The notes beneath the pieces are model-generated. The model made no database searches. It saw only the letters and a program-made list of their open reading frames with translations, and was not told the origin of the DNA. A program made the position numbers and the translations under genes. A DNA stretch of 64,000 nt, from positions 5-64,004 of the forward strand of contig JAVERU010000001.1 of NCBI GenBank assembly GCA_034006965.1. Reading direction: 5' to 3'. This document shows positions 48,367 to 58,122 of this stretch, piece after piece. The stretch comes from Tenuifilaceae bacterium. GTDB lineage: Bacteria; Bacteroidota; Bacteroidia; Bacteroidales; Tenuifilaceae. How positions within the stretch are numbered: the stretch's first letter is position 1; every line of letters starts with the position of its first letter.

Positions 48367-50601
48367 ATGAAATCGAAAATATTTACCATTTCAACCATAA
48401 TAGTAATCGTTTTAATAGTTGCTTGTTCAAATAATAAGGAGCAATCAGCCTACTCAAAGAGAGATACTTTTGTTGAGGATTTAATGAAAAAAATGACCCT
48501 TGAGGAGAAGATTGGTCAGCTAACACTTTTCTCAAGCGGTTACGATATCACCGGCCCTACAATGCATGAGAACTACGCCAACGACATTAAAGCCGGAAAG
48601 GTTGGTGCAGTTTTCAATGCGTATGGGGTAAAATTTACAACCGAATTACAGAAAATGGCCGTTGAAGAAACACGGCTTGGCATTCCTCTACTTTTTGGTT
48701 ACGACGTAATACACGGTCATAGAACCATCTTTCCAATTCCCCTCGGAGAAACGGCAAGTTGGGATATGGATTACATTGAAAAATCGGCTCGCATTGCTGC
48801 CATTGAGGCCACATCGGAGGGGTTGCATTGGACCTTTGCTCCTATGATTGATGTAACACGCGACCCACGTTGGGGAAGAATTGCCGAGGGTTCTGGCGAA
48901 GACCCATTCCTTACCTCCATGGTTGCTCGGGCAAAGGTTAGGGGATACCAGGGTAAAGATTTTTATGATGTTCACACAATGCTTGCCTGTGCGAAACATT
49001 TTGCAGCCTATGGGGCACCCCAAGGTGGAAGAGACTACCATACCGTTGATATGTCAGAAATTGAACTACGAAACACCTACCTCCCCCCATTTAAGGCAGC
49101 CATTAATGAGGGTGTTGCCACGTTTATGACCGCATTTAATGAGCTGTTTGGCGTGCCCGCAACAGGAAGTAAATATCTATTAACCGATGTTCTTAGGGGA
49201 GAATGGAAATTCAAGGGCTTTGTGGTTACTGATTACACCTCCATAAAAGAGATGATTCCTCATGGGTTTGCCAAGGATGAAAAGCACGCAGGAGAGCTGG
49301 CTATAAATGCAGGGGTTGATTTGGATATGCAGTCGGGAATATTCAATAATCATCTTAAAAATTCCATCGATGAGGGAAAGGTTAGCATTAAAACCATTGA
49401 TAATGCAGTAAGAAGAATTCTTAACCTTAAATACGAACTGGGCCTATTTGAGGATCCCTACCGATACTCAAACATAGAAAGGCAGCATGAAAACATACTG
49501 ACCTCTGAGCATCTTGAGTTTGCAAGGGACTTTGCCCGTCGTTCAATTGTACTGCTTAAAAATGAAAACAACACCCTTCCGCTTAGCAAGGATATTAAAT
49601 CCATTGCTGTTATTGGCCCCCTTGCCGATAGCCAAAAGGATATGATAGGGTCGTGGTCGGCTGCTGGCGATTACAAGAAATCGGTTACCCTACTACAGGG
49701 TATAAAGAATAAGGTTGGGGAGAATACCCGCATTCTTCATACCATCGGAACAGGGGTAAATGATAATTCAAGGGAAGGTTTTAGCGAAGCCATAAGGTTG
49801 GCAAAAGCTTCCGATGCCATTGTATTGGCCATTGGCGAGCATAAGAATATGAGTGGTGAGGCCGCTAGTCGCTCTGATATCAACCTTCCTGGTCTTCAAG
49901 AAGAATTGGCGTTGGAACTTGCAAAAATTGGCAAACCACTTATTGTTGTTCTGATGAACGGACGTCCGCTAACCATAGAAAAGGTTGACCAAGAAGCAAG
50001 TGCGATACTTGAAACCTGGTTTCTTGGGACTACCGCTGGCGATGCCATTGCCGATGTTCTGTTTGGCGACTACAACCCTTCGGGAAAACTTCCGGTAACC
50101 TTCCCCCGCAATGGGGGTCAAGTACCCACATTTTATAACGAGAAGAATACTGGTCGCCCCTACAGCGAACAAAAGTACACCTCGAAATACCTTGATGTTC
50201 CCAACACGCCGCTTTACCCTTTTGGGCACGGTCTTTCTTACACAACCTTTAAGTATTCTGAAATAAAACTTGAGGACACGCTAATGTCAAAGAACAAGCC
50301 CCTATTAGCATCCATAATTGTAACCAATACGGGCAATAGGTTTGGTGAGGAGGTTGTTCAGCTTTACACCCGTCAGTTGGTGGGCAGCATAACTAGGCCC
50401 GTTAAGGAACTGAAGGCCTTCAAAAAGATTGGACTAGAGCCGGGCGAGTCATTTGAGGTTACATTTAGATTAACCTGGGAGGATATTGCTTTCTATAACT
50501 CAAAGAACCAATTTGTGACCGAACCTGGGGAGTTTAACCTTTTCATCGGAACCAGTTCTCAGCAGGCCAAGGAAATCTCCTTTGCATTTCACAAAGACTA
50601 A
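48367..50601 (+). CDS. bglX: GH3 beta-glucosidase (BglX-like), lipoprotein
   Basis: Lipobox IVAC, GYDVIHG, RDPRWGR, KHFAAYG, VVTDY (nucleophile Asp), SGEAASR, C-terminal Fn3-like domain. Confidence 0.93.
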   Translation: MKSKIFTISTIIVIVLIVACSNNKEQSAYSKRDTFVEDLMKKMTLEEKIGQLTLFSSGYDITGPTMHENYANDIKAGKVGAVFNAYGVKFTTELQKMAVEETRLGIPLLFGYDVIHGHRTIFPIPLGETASWDMDYIEKSARIAAIEATSEGLHWTFAPMIDVTRDPRWGRIAEGSGEDPFLTSMVARAKVRGYQGKDFYDVHTMLACAKHFAAYGAPQGGRDYHTVDMSEIELRNTYLPPFKAAINEGVATFMTAFNELFGVPATGSKYLLTDVLRGEWKFKGFVVTDYTSIKEMIPHGFAKDEKHAGELAINAGVDLDMQSGIFNNHLKNSIDEGKVSIKTIDNAVRRILNLKYELGLFEDPYRYSNIERQHENILTSEHLEFARDFARRSIVLLKNENNTLPLSKDIKSIAVIGPLADSQKDMIGSWSAAGDYKKSVTLLQGIKNKVGENTRILHTIGTGVNDNSREGFSEAIRLAKASDAIVLAIGEHKNMSGEAASRSDINLPGLQEELALELAKIGKPLIVVLMNGRPLTIEKVDQEASAILETWFLGTTAGDAIADVLFGDYNPSGKLPVTFPRNGGQVPTFYNEKNTGRPYSEQKYTSKYLDVPNTPLYPFGHGLSYTTFKYSEIKLEDTLMSKNKPLLASIIVTNTGNRFGEEVVQLYTRQLVGSITRPVKELKAFKKIGLEPGESFEVTFRLTWEDIAFYNSKNQFVTEPGEFNLFIGTSSQQAKEISFAFHKD

Positions 50602-50764
50602 CTATTTATTCAGCCATAGTGAGCAAAATGCACCTATTATCAAAGAACTAAGCAAAAAAGGCTCTCAGGCCTCCCCTCGTAACAATGCTATTGCAGGCAC
50701 AAATAATAGCTCAAAAGAAATTGTCTGCTTTACGAGATGGTGAGGATATGAGCTCTTAATCGAC

Positions 50765-51370
50765 TTATTCACAATATTTTTTTATCACTTCAAGGGCATC
50801 GTCAAATCCCATACTAGCAGCTTTCTGCCAGTCGTTACAGGCCTTTAGCATATCGCCAATTGTTGCATGGGCTATGCCCCTATTAAAATAGGCTCGCGAT
50901 ATTTTAGGGTTTAATTCGATGGCCTGGGTGTAATCGGCAATCGCACAGCTTAGGCTATCAAGCGAATGGTAGGCAAGTCCGCGCTCATAGTATGCCCTTG
51001 CATAGGAGGGTTCCAACTCTATAGCTTTTGTGTAGTCATCAATTGCAGCGGCTAAGCTGCCAAGCAGTTGCCAAGCAGTTCCTCGCTCGAAGTATGCTCT
51101 GGAAAACTGGGGCTGCAGCTCGATGGCTTTGGAAAAATCGGCAATAGCCTTTTGGTAATTCTTTAGCTCGGCATAGGAATTGCCCCTGTTGTAATAGGCA
51201 TTTACGTTGGTTGAGTCGCTCCCAATGGCATTGCTAAAACCTTGGATTGCCCTTGAGTAATCGCCCCTGGAAAAAGCATCAACGGCGTTGACAAAGTCCA
51301 TATCAGCCACTTGCGAGCTAGCAGGAGTAGTAGCGGCAATTAGAACTAGGATTAGGAAAAACCTTTGCAT
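50765..51370 (-). CDS. Secreted tetratricopeptide repeat protein
   Basis: Signal peptide and repeated AY(Y/F)xRG...AIxD(F/Y)xKAIELxP units. Confidence 0.9.
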   Translation of the reverse strand: MQRFFLILVLIAATTPASSQVADMDFVNAVDAFSRGDYSRAIQGFSNAIGSDSTNVNAYYNRGNSYAELKNYQKAIADFSKAIELQPQFSRAYFERGTAWQLLGSLAAAIDDYTKAIELEPSYARAYYERGLAYHSLDSLSCAIADYTQAIELNPKISRAYFNRGIAHATIGDMLKACNDWQKAASMGFDDALEVIKKYCE

Positions 51371-51467
51371 AGGATAATTAATTTATAATCACTTATACCT
51401 ACGGCTACAATCCGCTAAAGTTACCTTATCGCTTTTGGGCCTCACTTAGGTTCTAATCCAAAAGCAT

Positions 51468-51475
51468 TATCTTTG
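51468..51475 (+). promoter_or_regulatory. Bacteroidetes -7 promoter element
   Basis: TATCTTTG, 17 bp before the ATG at 51492. Confidence 0.55.
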
Positions 51476-51491
51476 AAAACAAAAATATGCC

Positions 51492-51761
51492 ATGGTAAAC
51501 CTCCGCCGACCCAACCGCTACGACCGCAGCTCGGGCTTTAACACCAAGTACATATCGCTTATACTTGCCGCTACAATGGCTCTAGTGCTTTGGGGATATC
51601 AAAAGATATACTCCGAGGACCCATCGCAATGGTTCCTGTACATCGCCATCGGGCTTGGGGTTTTGGCTTTTGCCCTGGCAGCATTTCACATTTTTAGGAT
51701 TTGGACAAACCACCGAAAGGGACTAAAGGAATTCAATGATGAGCAATCGTCCAAGAATTAA
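51492..51761 (+). CDS. Small two-TM hypothetical membrane protein
   Basis: 89-aa ORF with two hydrophobic segments and a promoter element directly upstream. Confidence 0.7.
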   Translation: MVNLRRPNRYDRSSGFNTKYISLILAATMALVLWGYQKIYSEDPSQWFLYIAIGLGVLAFALAAFHIFRIWTNHRKGLKEFNDEQSSKN

Positions 51762-52256
51762 TGTTCCGAAGAGCCACCGTTAAGCCGAGGTTGCTAAATT
51801 GAAACGAAGTTGGGCGGTTGGATGCACCGCCGTCCGAATATTCTTCTAAGCTTAGCCTAGCGAAACCCGCCTGCTTTGGGGCAGGTTTTGTAGCCTTTTT
51901 CTTGACGTTGGTATGTCCGTCAAAAAAAAACTGACGGACGATTCCAAGTCTTGCTTTCCTGATAGCCGTATTGTCCTCCGTGTTTTAATTGGGGCTAATA
52001 TAAACTTCAACTTTGACGGTGTTGCCTGTGAAAAAACGCAGGCACAACTTGTCCAGTCAATGGCGGGTGTCTGCTAGCAATAGTACGACTCAGGTGCAAC
52101 CTACCTTCAGTAGGTAAATATGAGCCGAACGGGGGTAATTTTATCTGACGTAACGGGTAAAGGCCTAAACTACGTATGTACTGCTCTCGTAATTATTGGG
52201 TTTACAATAATCCCGCTGGTTTTATATCTTATTGCTTCGCGGCGTATTGGCTAACG

Positions 52257-53378
52257 CTAGTTAAAGCAAAAGTTCCCCGGAATTATTCCCACCCCAATGC
52301 TATCGATGGGTAAACCCTTGGATGTGTAGCGATACACTTTACCCTCGCTCATAAAGTCGGTGGCATCGGAGATGTAGATATCCCCTGTTTGGGAATCAAC
52401 ACCAAGCGCACGGAACGTTCTGCCGTTTCGTGCTATAAGAGGTTCGGCAGGTAGTCCAGTATCGTAGATGCTCATTGCGTACAGATGGTTACAGATAAAG
52501 TATAGCGAATCGCCTGCGGCATTGGTAGCTAATTGCCCTACAGCATCGGTAACAGCTGAAAAGTTGAGGCATAAATCTACAGCATTGCCAGTGGTATTAA
52601 TCCTCATAAGCGATGGAACTTCAACACCCATAGGGCCACCAGCAAACCCGCCATCGTTAATAACCCAAAGGTTTTCGTTCTTATCCTTTACCATGGCCAG
52701 TGGCTGAATCCCCACGCGAATTGAATCCACCACCTGCATCTGCGCTAAATCAATTACCAGCAACTGATTATCGTAGCTCCATGAGTTGGTGTAAACCCTG
52801 TTGCTAACCCTAATAAGATGCTCCGACGAATGTCGATAGTAGGGCATCGACGAGTCGCCCGTTTTAATGGTTCCCTCAACTTTATTTGTTGATGTATTCA
52901 CGATGCTTATGGCACGAGCGTACAGGTCGCTTACCAGCGCCATATCGTTATCAACAAAAAGCATATGGCGTGGCGAAGGTAGGTTCTCTATGGTAGCCTC
53001 ATACAGCAGCGTGTTGGCATCAACCACGTGAATGCAGCCCGAGTTATTTACCACAATGTAACCCGTACCGTTGTGCAAGGTCATGCTGTACGCCACATCA
53101 CCCAGCGGTACGCCATTGGCCAGCGAAAAAATATCGTTCACCACCTCGCCCGATTCAATATCGTAGTAGCTAAGGCTAGAGTTTCCGTACAGATAATTGC
53201 CCTCGTTGATAATAAAAACCCCTCGGCTCCCAAACAGATCAACAGGCGATACAGGTAAAACATCATCATCCATACAGCCAAAGAGTAGGGTTGTAGCAAT
53301 AATAAGCATCAAGGGAAAGAACTTAGTTAAATGCCCTGTTCGATTACCTACTCGCTTGTATGACCCTTGTATCATCAT
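52257..53378 (-). CDS. btuG: BtuG-like beta-propeller surface lipoprotein (YncE/DUF5074-like, cobalamin binding)
   Basis: Lipobox LFGC followed by MDDD, FIINEGNY..GNSSLSYYD, LGDVAYSM, VVNNSG, VGIIPGNFCF. Overlaps the btuB stop. Confidence 0.75.
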   Translation of the reverse strand: MMIQGSYKRVGNRTGHLTKFFPLMLIIATTLLFGCMDDDVLPVSPVDLFGSRGVFIINEGNYLYGNSSLSYYDIESGEVVNDIFSLANGVPLGDVAYSMTLHNGTGYIVVNNSGCIHVVDANTLLYEATIENLPSPRHMLFVDNDMALVSDLYARAISIVNTSTNKVEGTIKTGDSSMPYYRHSSEHLIRVSNRVYTNSWSYDNQLLVIDLAQMQVVDSIRVGIQPLAMVKDKNENLWVINDGGFAGGPMGVEVPSLMRINTTGNAVDLCLNFSAVTDAVGQLATNAAGDSLYFICNHLYAMSIYDTGLPAEPLIARNGRTFRALGVDSQTGDIYISDATDFMSEGKVYRYTSKGLPIDSIGVGIIPGNFCFN

Positions 53379-55351
53379 AATTCAACTCTTAGGGTAAAGC
53401 TGTAATTGCGCCCCGGCATGGGTCGCCAAAGTATGGTTTGGTAACTCTCGTTAAAAATATTATCGACCCTAAGCTGAACACCCATTGGCATATTGTACAG
53501 AGCAAAATCCCACCCTACTGCCGCACTACTCATATAGTAAGGGTATAGCTTACGAACCGAGTTTGGATTATTACTAGTGGTGGTGTATCGCTCAGAGAAA
53601 TGGGTAAATGAATATACTACGTGAAAACTACGCCATAAAGCGTTTATTGCTACACCTCCTGAATGTACGGGGATAAAAGGGATTTGCTTGCCGTGCGCCT
53701 CGGGGCGCATTACCCCACCAGCATTCTCGATGGTAGACTTTGTGTAGCTGTAATTGCCTCTCATTTTTAGCGTTACCTTACCAATTTGTTGGTTTAAAGA
53801 TAGAGAAGCCTCGGCTCCCTTAGCCTCAACTTGAGTTAGGTTCACAGGCTCCCAGTATCCCTTTAGGTGCGGAAGCCACATTATCCAATTGTTAATGTTA
53901 GATGAAAAAAGATTTGCTTCGATATTTAGCTGTGAACCTGCGTACTGGAATGCGTGTTGCAAACCTACCTCCCACGACTGTACATCTTCGGGCAGCAGGT
54001 TAGGATTACCTCCAGGCTGCCAGTGCAAATCATTTAGCGATGGGTAGCTAAAATTACGTGAGTACCCCCCATTCGCAAAAAGAGATTTTTCGTCTAGTAG
54101 CCTATATTTAAAAGAGAAAGAGGCTGACAATGGTGTAAAAAAACCTGAAAACACCTCCTCACCAACCAGAGTCGTGAGCGAAAGTCTATCCGTTGGCGTT
54201 GCCATAAGGGTGGCCCTTAGGGCGCTATGCATTTGATTTTCAATATATCCATTACCTATAATCTCCTCGGTGGATTGAACCCAATGCCTATTCACCTCAG
54301 CCTGAACATTAACGGTTATCCAGTCGTTCGTAACCCAATCCATCGATGCCCTGTTGTACCAGCTCCATGATGAGCTTTGGGTACTTAGTACGGGCAGCAG
54401 GTTTCCCTCAACCGACAGCTTACTAAAATCGTAGGTGAGATTCATATGCGATAGTCCCGAAGCTACCCTCCACGACACTACCTCTCCTCCCGATCGATAC
54501 TCCACTATGGAATTAAGGTTGATATCCTGCTGCCTATTAATCTCTCTTGCCGAAAAGCTAGTCATAAGCTGGGGAATACCCCTGTCGGTTCGCTGCGCCC
54601 AGGCCTTGGCAGATAGCATGCTGTTTTCGCTGTACCTATAGTAAACCTCCTGAAGAACTCCATACTTCAGGTAATCGGCATTCTGTTGTATCTCAATCGG
54701 CTTATTAATTTTTGCAGTATTCCTGTAGCTAAAGCTATTCTCCGATGCTTCGCGGAAGAGTCGGGTTTGAGCCTTCAACTTACCCTTGCCATAGGTTGAT
54801 GTGGCTGCCGTGGAATAGGTTTGGTAGCTACCAACGGATTGGTAAACTTTTGCCCCATACTGCTTACCCCAATTGGGTGTACTCTGGAGGTTTACCGAAC
54901 CACCCAGCCCTCCGCTTCCAAAGCTCATCGATGACTGACCAAAATGAATGGCCACATCATCAACAAAATAGAGAGGAACTATGGAGAAATCAGCCTCACC
55001 GCTCATGGGTGAATTTATTCGTAGTCCATTCCAATACACCTTGGTGTGCGAAGCACTCGTACCTCGAAGAGATGCCGTTGCAGTTGCCCCACGCCCATAG
55101 GTCTTTATAAAAATGGGGCTATTATCCTGCAGCAGCTCGGCAAGGCTCAACCCCTGCTTTTCCCTAATATCAAGCGTATCAATGGATATTGATTTTATTC
55201 CAGCCTGCAAACCGCTTGCTTGCCTTCGTTGGTAAACCGTTACGCCCTCCAGGCTTATGGTATCGGACACCAAGTGCTGCGCAAACGCCCCTAATGTATT
55301 CAGAAGCATAACAGCAAATAGTAATATCCGGTATGGCCAATTATTCTGCAT
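53375..55351 (-). CDS. btuB: TonB-dependent receptor, probable cobalamin transporter
   Basis: Plug motif IKTYGRGATATASLRGTSASHTKVYWNG, NPNLLPE, RPMPGRNY. Lies downstream of the cobalamin riboswitch. Confidence 0.85.
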   Translation of the reverse strand: MQNNWPYRILLFAVMLLNTLGAFAQHLVSDTISLEGVTVYQRRQASGLQAGIKSISIDTLDIREKQGLSLAELLQDNSPIFIKTYGRGATATASLRGTSASHTKVYWNGLRINSPMSGEADFSIVPLYFVDDVAIHFGQSSMSFGSGGLGGSVNLQSTPNWGKQYGAKVYQSVGSYQTYSTAATSTYGKGKLKAQTRLFREASENSFSYRNTAKINKPIEIQQNADYLKYGVLQEVYYRYSENSMLSAKAWAQRTDRGIPQLMTSFSAREINRQQDINLNSIVEYRSGGEVVSWRVASGLSHMNLTYDFSKLSVEGNLLPVLSTQSSSWSWYNRASMDWVTNDWITVNVQAEVNRHWVQSTEEIIGNGYIENQMHSALRATLMATPTDRLSLTTLVGEEVFSGFFTPLSASFSFKYRLLDEKSLFANGGYSRNFSYPSLNDLHWQPGGNPNLLPEDVQSWEVGLQHAFQYAGSQLNIEANLFSSNINNWIMWLPHLKGYWEPVNLTQVEAKGAEASLSLNQQIGKVTLKMRGNYSYTKSTIENAGGVMRPEAHGKQIPFIPVHSGGVAINALWRSFHVVYSFTHFSERYTTTSNNPNSVRKLYPYYMSSAAVGWDFALYNMPMGVQLRVDNIFNESYQTILWRPMPGRNYSFTLRVEL

Positions 55352-55527
55352 AGTACAACTAAGTCCAAAGCAGGGGCAAGGGCATAAGTTATGGCAGACC
55401 GTAAACCCTTGCCACCTGAAGCATTAATTTTTTGCCTTGCCGCAGACACCGTGTGGGAGTTGGATGTGGACTGTGAGGTTCTCATCCGCGCTTTTATCCC
55501 GAAAGCGTATCTGAATGGAGGCAGCTA

Positions 55528-55700
55528 ATGGCAGGTCTTCTGACTTACTTCCCTTTGGGGCGCCTTCCCATCTCGCCGGTTGGCGGACAGTGGCTGGGGT
55601 GCCCATTGGTTAATGAAGCTTACAGCAGCGGGAACTGTTGCCGATTTACACGGCATTCCCTTTTAATCCTGTGGGTTAAAAACCCTTTAGAACCATTATG
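55528..55700 (-). ncRNA. Cobalamin (B12) riboswitch
   Basis: Minus strand GGTT...TAAAAGGGAA-TGCCG-TGTAAAT-CGGCA-ACAGTTCCCGCTGCTGTAA...GCCACTG...GGGAAGG...AAGTCAGAAGACCTGCC (B12 box). Confidence 0.93.
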
Positions 55701-55703
55701 CTG

Positions 55704-55711
55704 CAAAGATA
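55704..55711 (-). promoter_or_regulatory. Bacteroidetes -7 promoter element for the riboswitch-btuB transcript
   Basis: Minus strand TATCTTTG immediately 5' of the riboswitch. Confidence 0.7.
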
Positions 55712-56563
55712 TGGAAAAAAGGTGGGAATATTATTAGTGGAGTAATTTTTTTGTATCACATGATAATTGTCCTCTGCCGCCGTAGGTGGCGAATAGCGAT
55801 AACAGGAATTGATCGATTTCAATAACCTTGCCGCCGTAGGTGGCGTATAGCGATAGCACAATAATATTCGTGTTTTTTCAGCACTCCGTGGGGGACAATA
55901 TCAAAACAGAAACATTTAACCATAACCTATAGCACCCCTACGGGGTGCTATTCCCGTTCAATTCCTTTTGCCATCGCTATTTCACCCCTACGGGGTGACA
56001 TCCATTGCCGCCGTAGGTGGCGTATAGCGATTGAATCGCCCCAGCGGCCTGCCTGTCGCTGACAGCAGACAGGGGCGAAATAGTGATAGAATATAGCAAC
56101 AGACCATTATCCAGCACCCCGTGGGGGTGCCATAGCGATAGCAGCCCATCGAATAGATTCTCCCCGGCCTCGGAGAGGCGAAATAGGGATAGCACACGGT
56201 TTGCGAAGGATATTCTGCACCCCGTGGGGGACAATATCAAAACAGAAACATTTAACCATAACCTATAGCACCCCTACGAGGTGCTATTCTTGTCCAACTC
56301 CCTTATGCCATCGCCATTGCACCTCTCCGAGGTGCGAGGACTACCACCGTAGGTGGCATATAGCGATAACAGAGCATAGAATAGGATCTCCTCGCCCCAG
56401 CGGCCTGCCTGTCGCTGACAGCAGACAGGGGCGAAATAGTGATAGAATATAGCAACAGACGATTATCCAGCACCCCGTGGGGGTGCCATAGCGATAGAAC
56501 TCGATTTGTGGAGTATGATTAGCACCCCAGCGGGGTGCAATACCATACCGCCTTTATCCGCAA

Positions 56564-57022
56564 TTACTCAAAAAAATCGAAAACACACTTGGGATTATAC
56601 TCCACCCCAAACTCCTTCAAAAAAGCCAAATACTCCTCCCTAAACAAAATCTTTTTGTGATGGTCCTGTTGATTATCAATATATTCAATCACATTGGAAC
56701 GATGTGACATGCTATACGAAAACAAACCATACCCCTCCTGCCACTGAAATTTAAATCTCGACAATTTCTTTTCATTAACAAACGTTGAAGAATCCGATTT
56801 GATGTCGCGAATTAAAGCCGGAATATCGCAAGGATGCATCCCGAAAAATATATGAATATGGTCTGGCATCGAATTTATTGCTAGCGGTTTATGTTTTTGA
56901 TTCACAAGAATTCCACCAATGTACCTATGTAGCTCCTCTCTAAAATCATCTTTAATTAGTGCATCTCGGTGTTTTACAGCAAAAACCAGCTGCATAGAGA
57001 TTTGGTAGTAGGGGTTTGCCAT
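56564..57022 (-). mobile_element. tnpA: IS200-like Y1 (HUH) transposase, probably REP-associated (RAYT-like)
   Basis: MANPYYQI..QLVFAVKHR, HUH motif DHIH, FQWQEGYGLFSYS, YIDNQQDHH. ATG at 57022, with promoter TAACTTTG at 57054-57047. Confidence 0.9.
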
Positions 57023-57229
57023 GGCATTATAATTTTGGTCTGTATCCAAAGTTATTGATTTTTTTGTATTATATGATAATTGTCTCTTGCCGCCCTAGGT
57101 GGCAAATAGTGATAGAACAAGAATATTCGTGTTTCTTCACCACCCCAACGGGGTGCAATATCAAATCCAAACACACTCCTCCACAACCTATTGCACCCCG
57201 CTGGGGTGCTGTTCTTGTCCAACTCCCTT

Positions 57230-58122
57230 TGCCATCGCTATTGCACCTCTCCGAGGTGCTGTTCTATTCCCTCTCCTAATGCTATCGCTATTGTACCCCT
57301 GCCTTTGCCGGCCAGGCAGGCCGCTGGGGTACAACACCCTGCCGCCGTAGGTGGTGCATAGCGATTGAATCGCCCCAGCGGCCTGCCTGTCGCTGACAGC
57401 AGACAGGGGCGAAATAGCGATGGAATATAGCAACAGACGATGTCGAACACCCCGTGGGGGTGCAATAGCGATAGCAGCCCATCGAATAGATTCTCCCCGG
57501 CCTCGGAGAGGCGAAATAGGGATAGCACACGGTTTGCGAAGGATATTCTGCACCCCGTGGGGGTGCAATAGCGATAGAACAAGATTTGCGGAGTATAAAT
57601 AGCACCCCAGCGGGGTGCAATAGCAAAACAGAAACATTCCTCCACAACCTATTGCACCTCTACGAGGTGCTATTCTTTTCCAACTCCCTTATGCCATCGC
57701 TATTGCACCTCTCCGAGGTGCTGTTCTATTCCCTCTCCTAATGCTATCGCTATTGTACCCCTGCCTTTGCCGGCCAGGCAGGCCGCTGGGGTACAACACC
57801 CTGCCGCCGTAGGTGGTGCATAGCGATTGAATCGCCCCAGCGGCCTGCCTGTCGCTGACAGCAGACAGGGGCGAAATAGCGATGGAATATAGCAACAGAC
57901 GATGTCGAACACCCCGTGGGGGTGCAATAGCGATAGCAGCCCATCGAATAGATTCTCCCCGGCCTCGGAGAGGCGAAATAGGGATAGCACACGGTTTGCG
58001 AAGGATATTCTGCACCCCGTGGGGGTGCAATAGCGATAGAACAAGATTTGCGGAGTATAAATAGCACCCCAGCGGGGTGCAATAGCAAAACAGAAACATT
58101 CCTCCACAACCTATTGCACCTC
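57230..58122. repeat. Near-perfect tandem duplication with 462-bp period
   Basis: 57230-57660 appears identical to 57692-58122, giving identical spurious ORFs in several frames. Confidence 0.92.

Noticed and set aside
2610-50245. Numerous short antisense or alternative-frame ORFs inside long genes
   Set aside because: They are shadows of well-supported CDSs and have no motifs of their own.
52060-52220. tmRNA, group II intron or omega-RNA assignment
   Set aside because: Only a few-base resemblances. No tRNA-like ends, domain V or associated nuclease/RT gene, so it is left unassigned.
55300-55861. Short ORFs upstream of btuB
   Set aside because: They overlap the cobalamin riboswitch and its leader and show no protein features.
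55977-58109. Overlapping Cys/Arg/Pro-rich ORFs in all frames (other than tnpA)
   Set aside because: They are by-products of GC-rich palindromic repeats and the 462-bp duplication.
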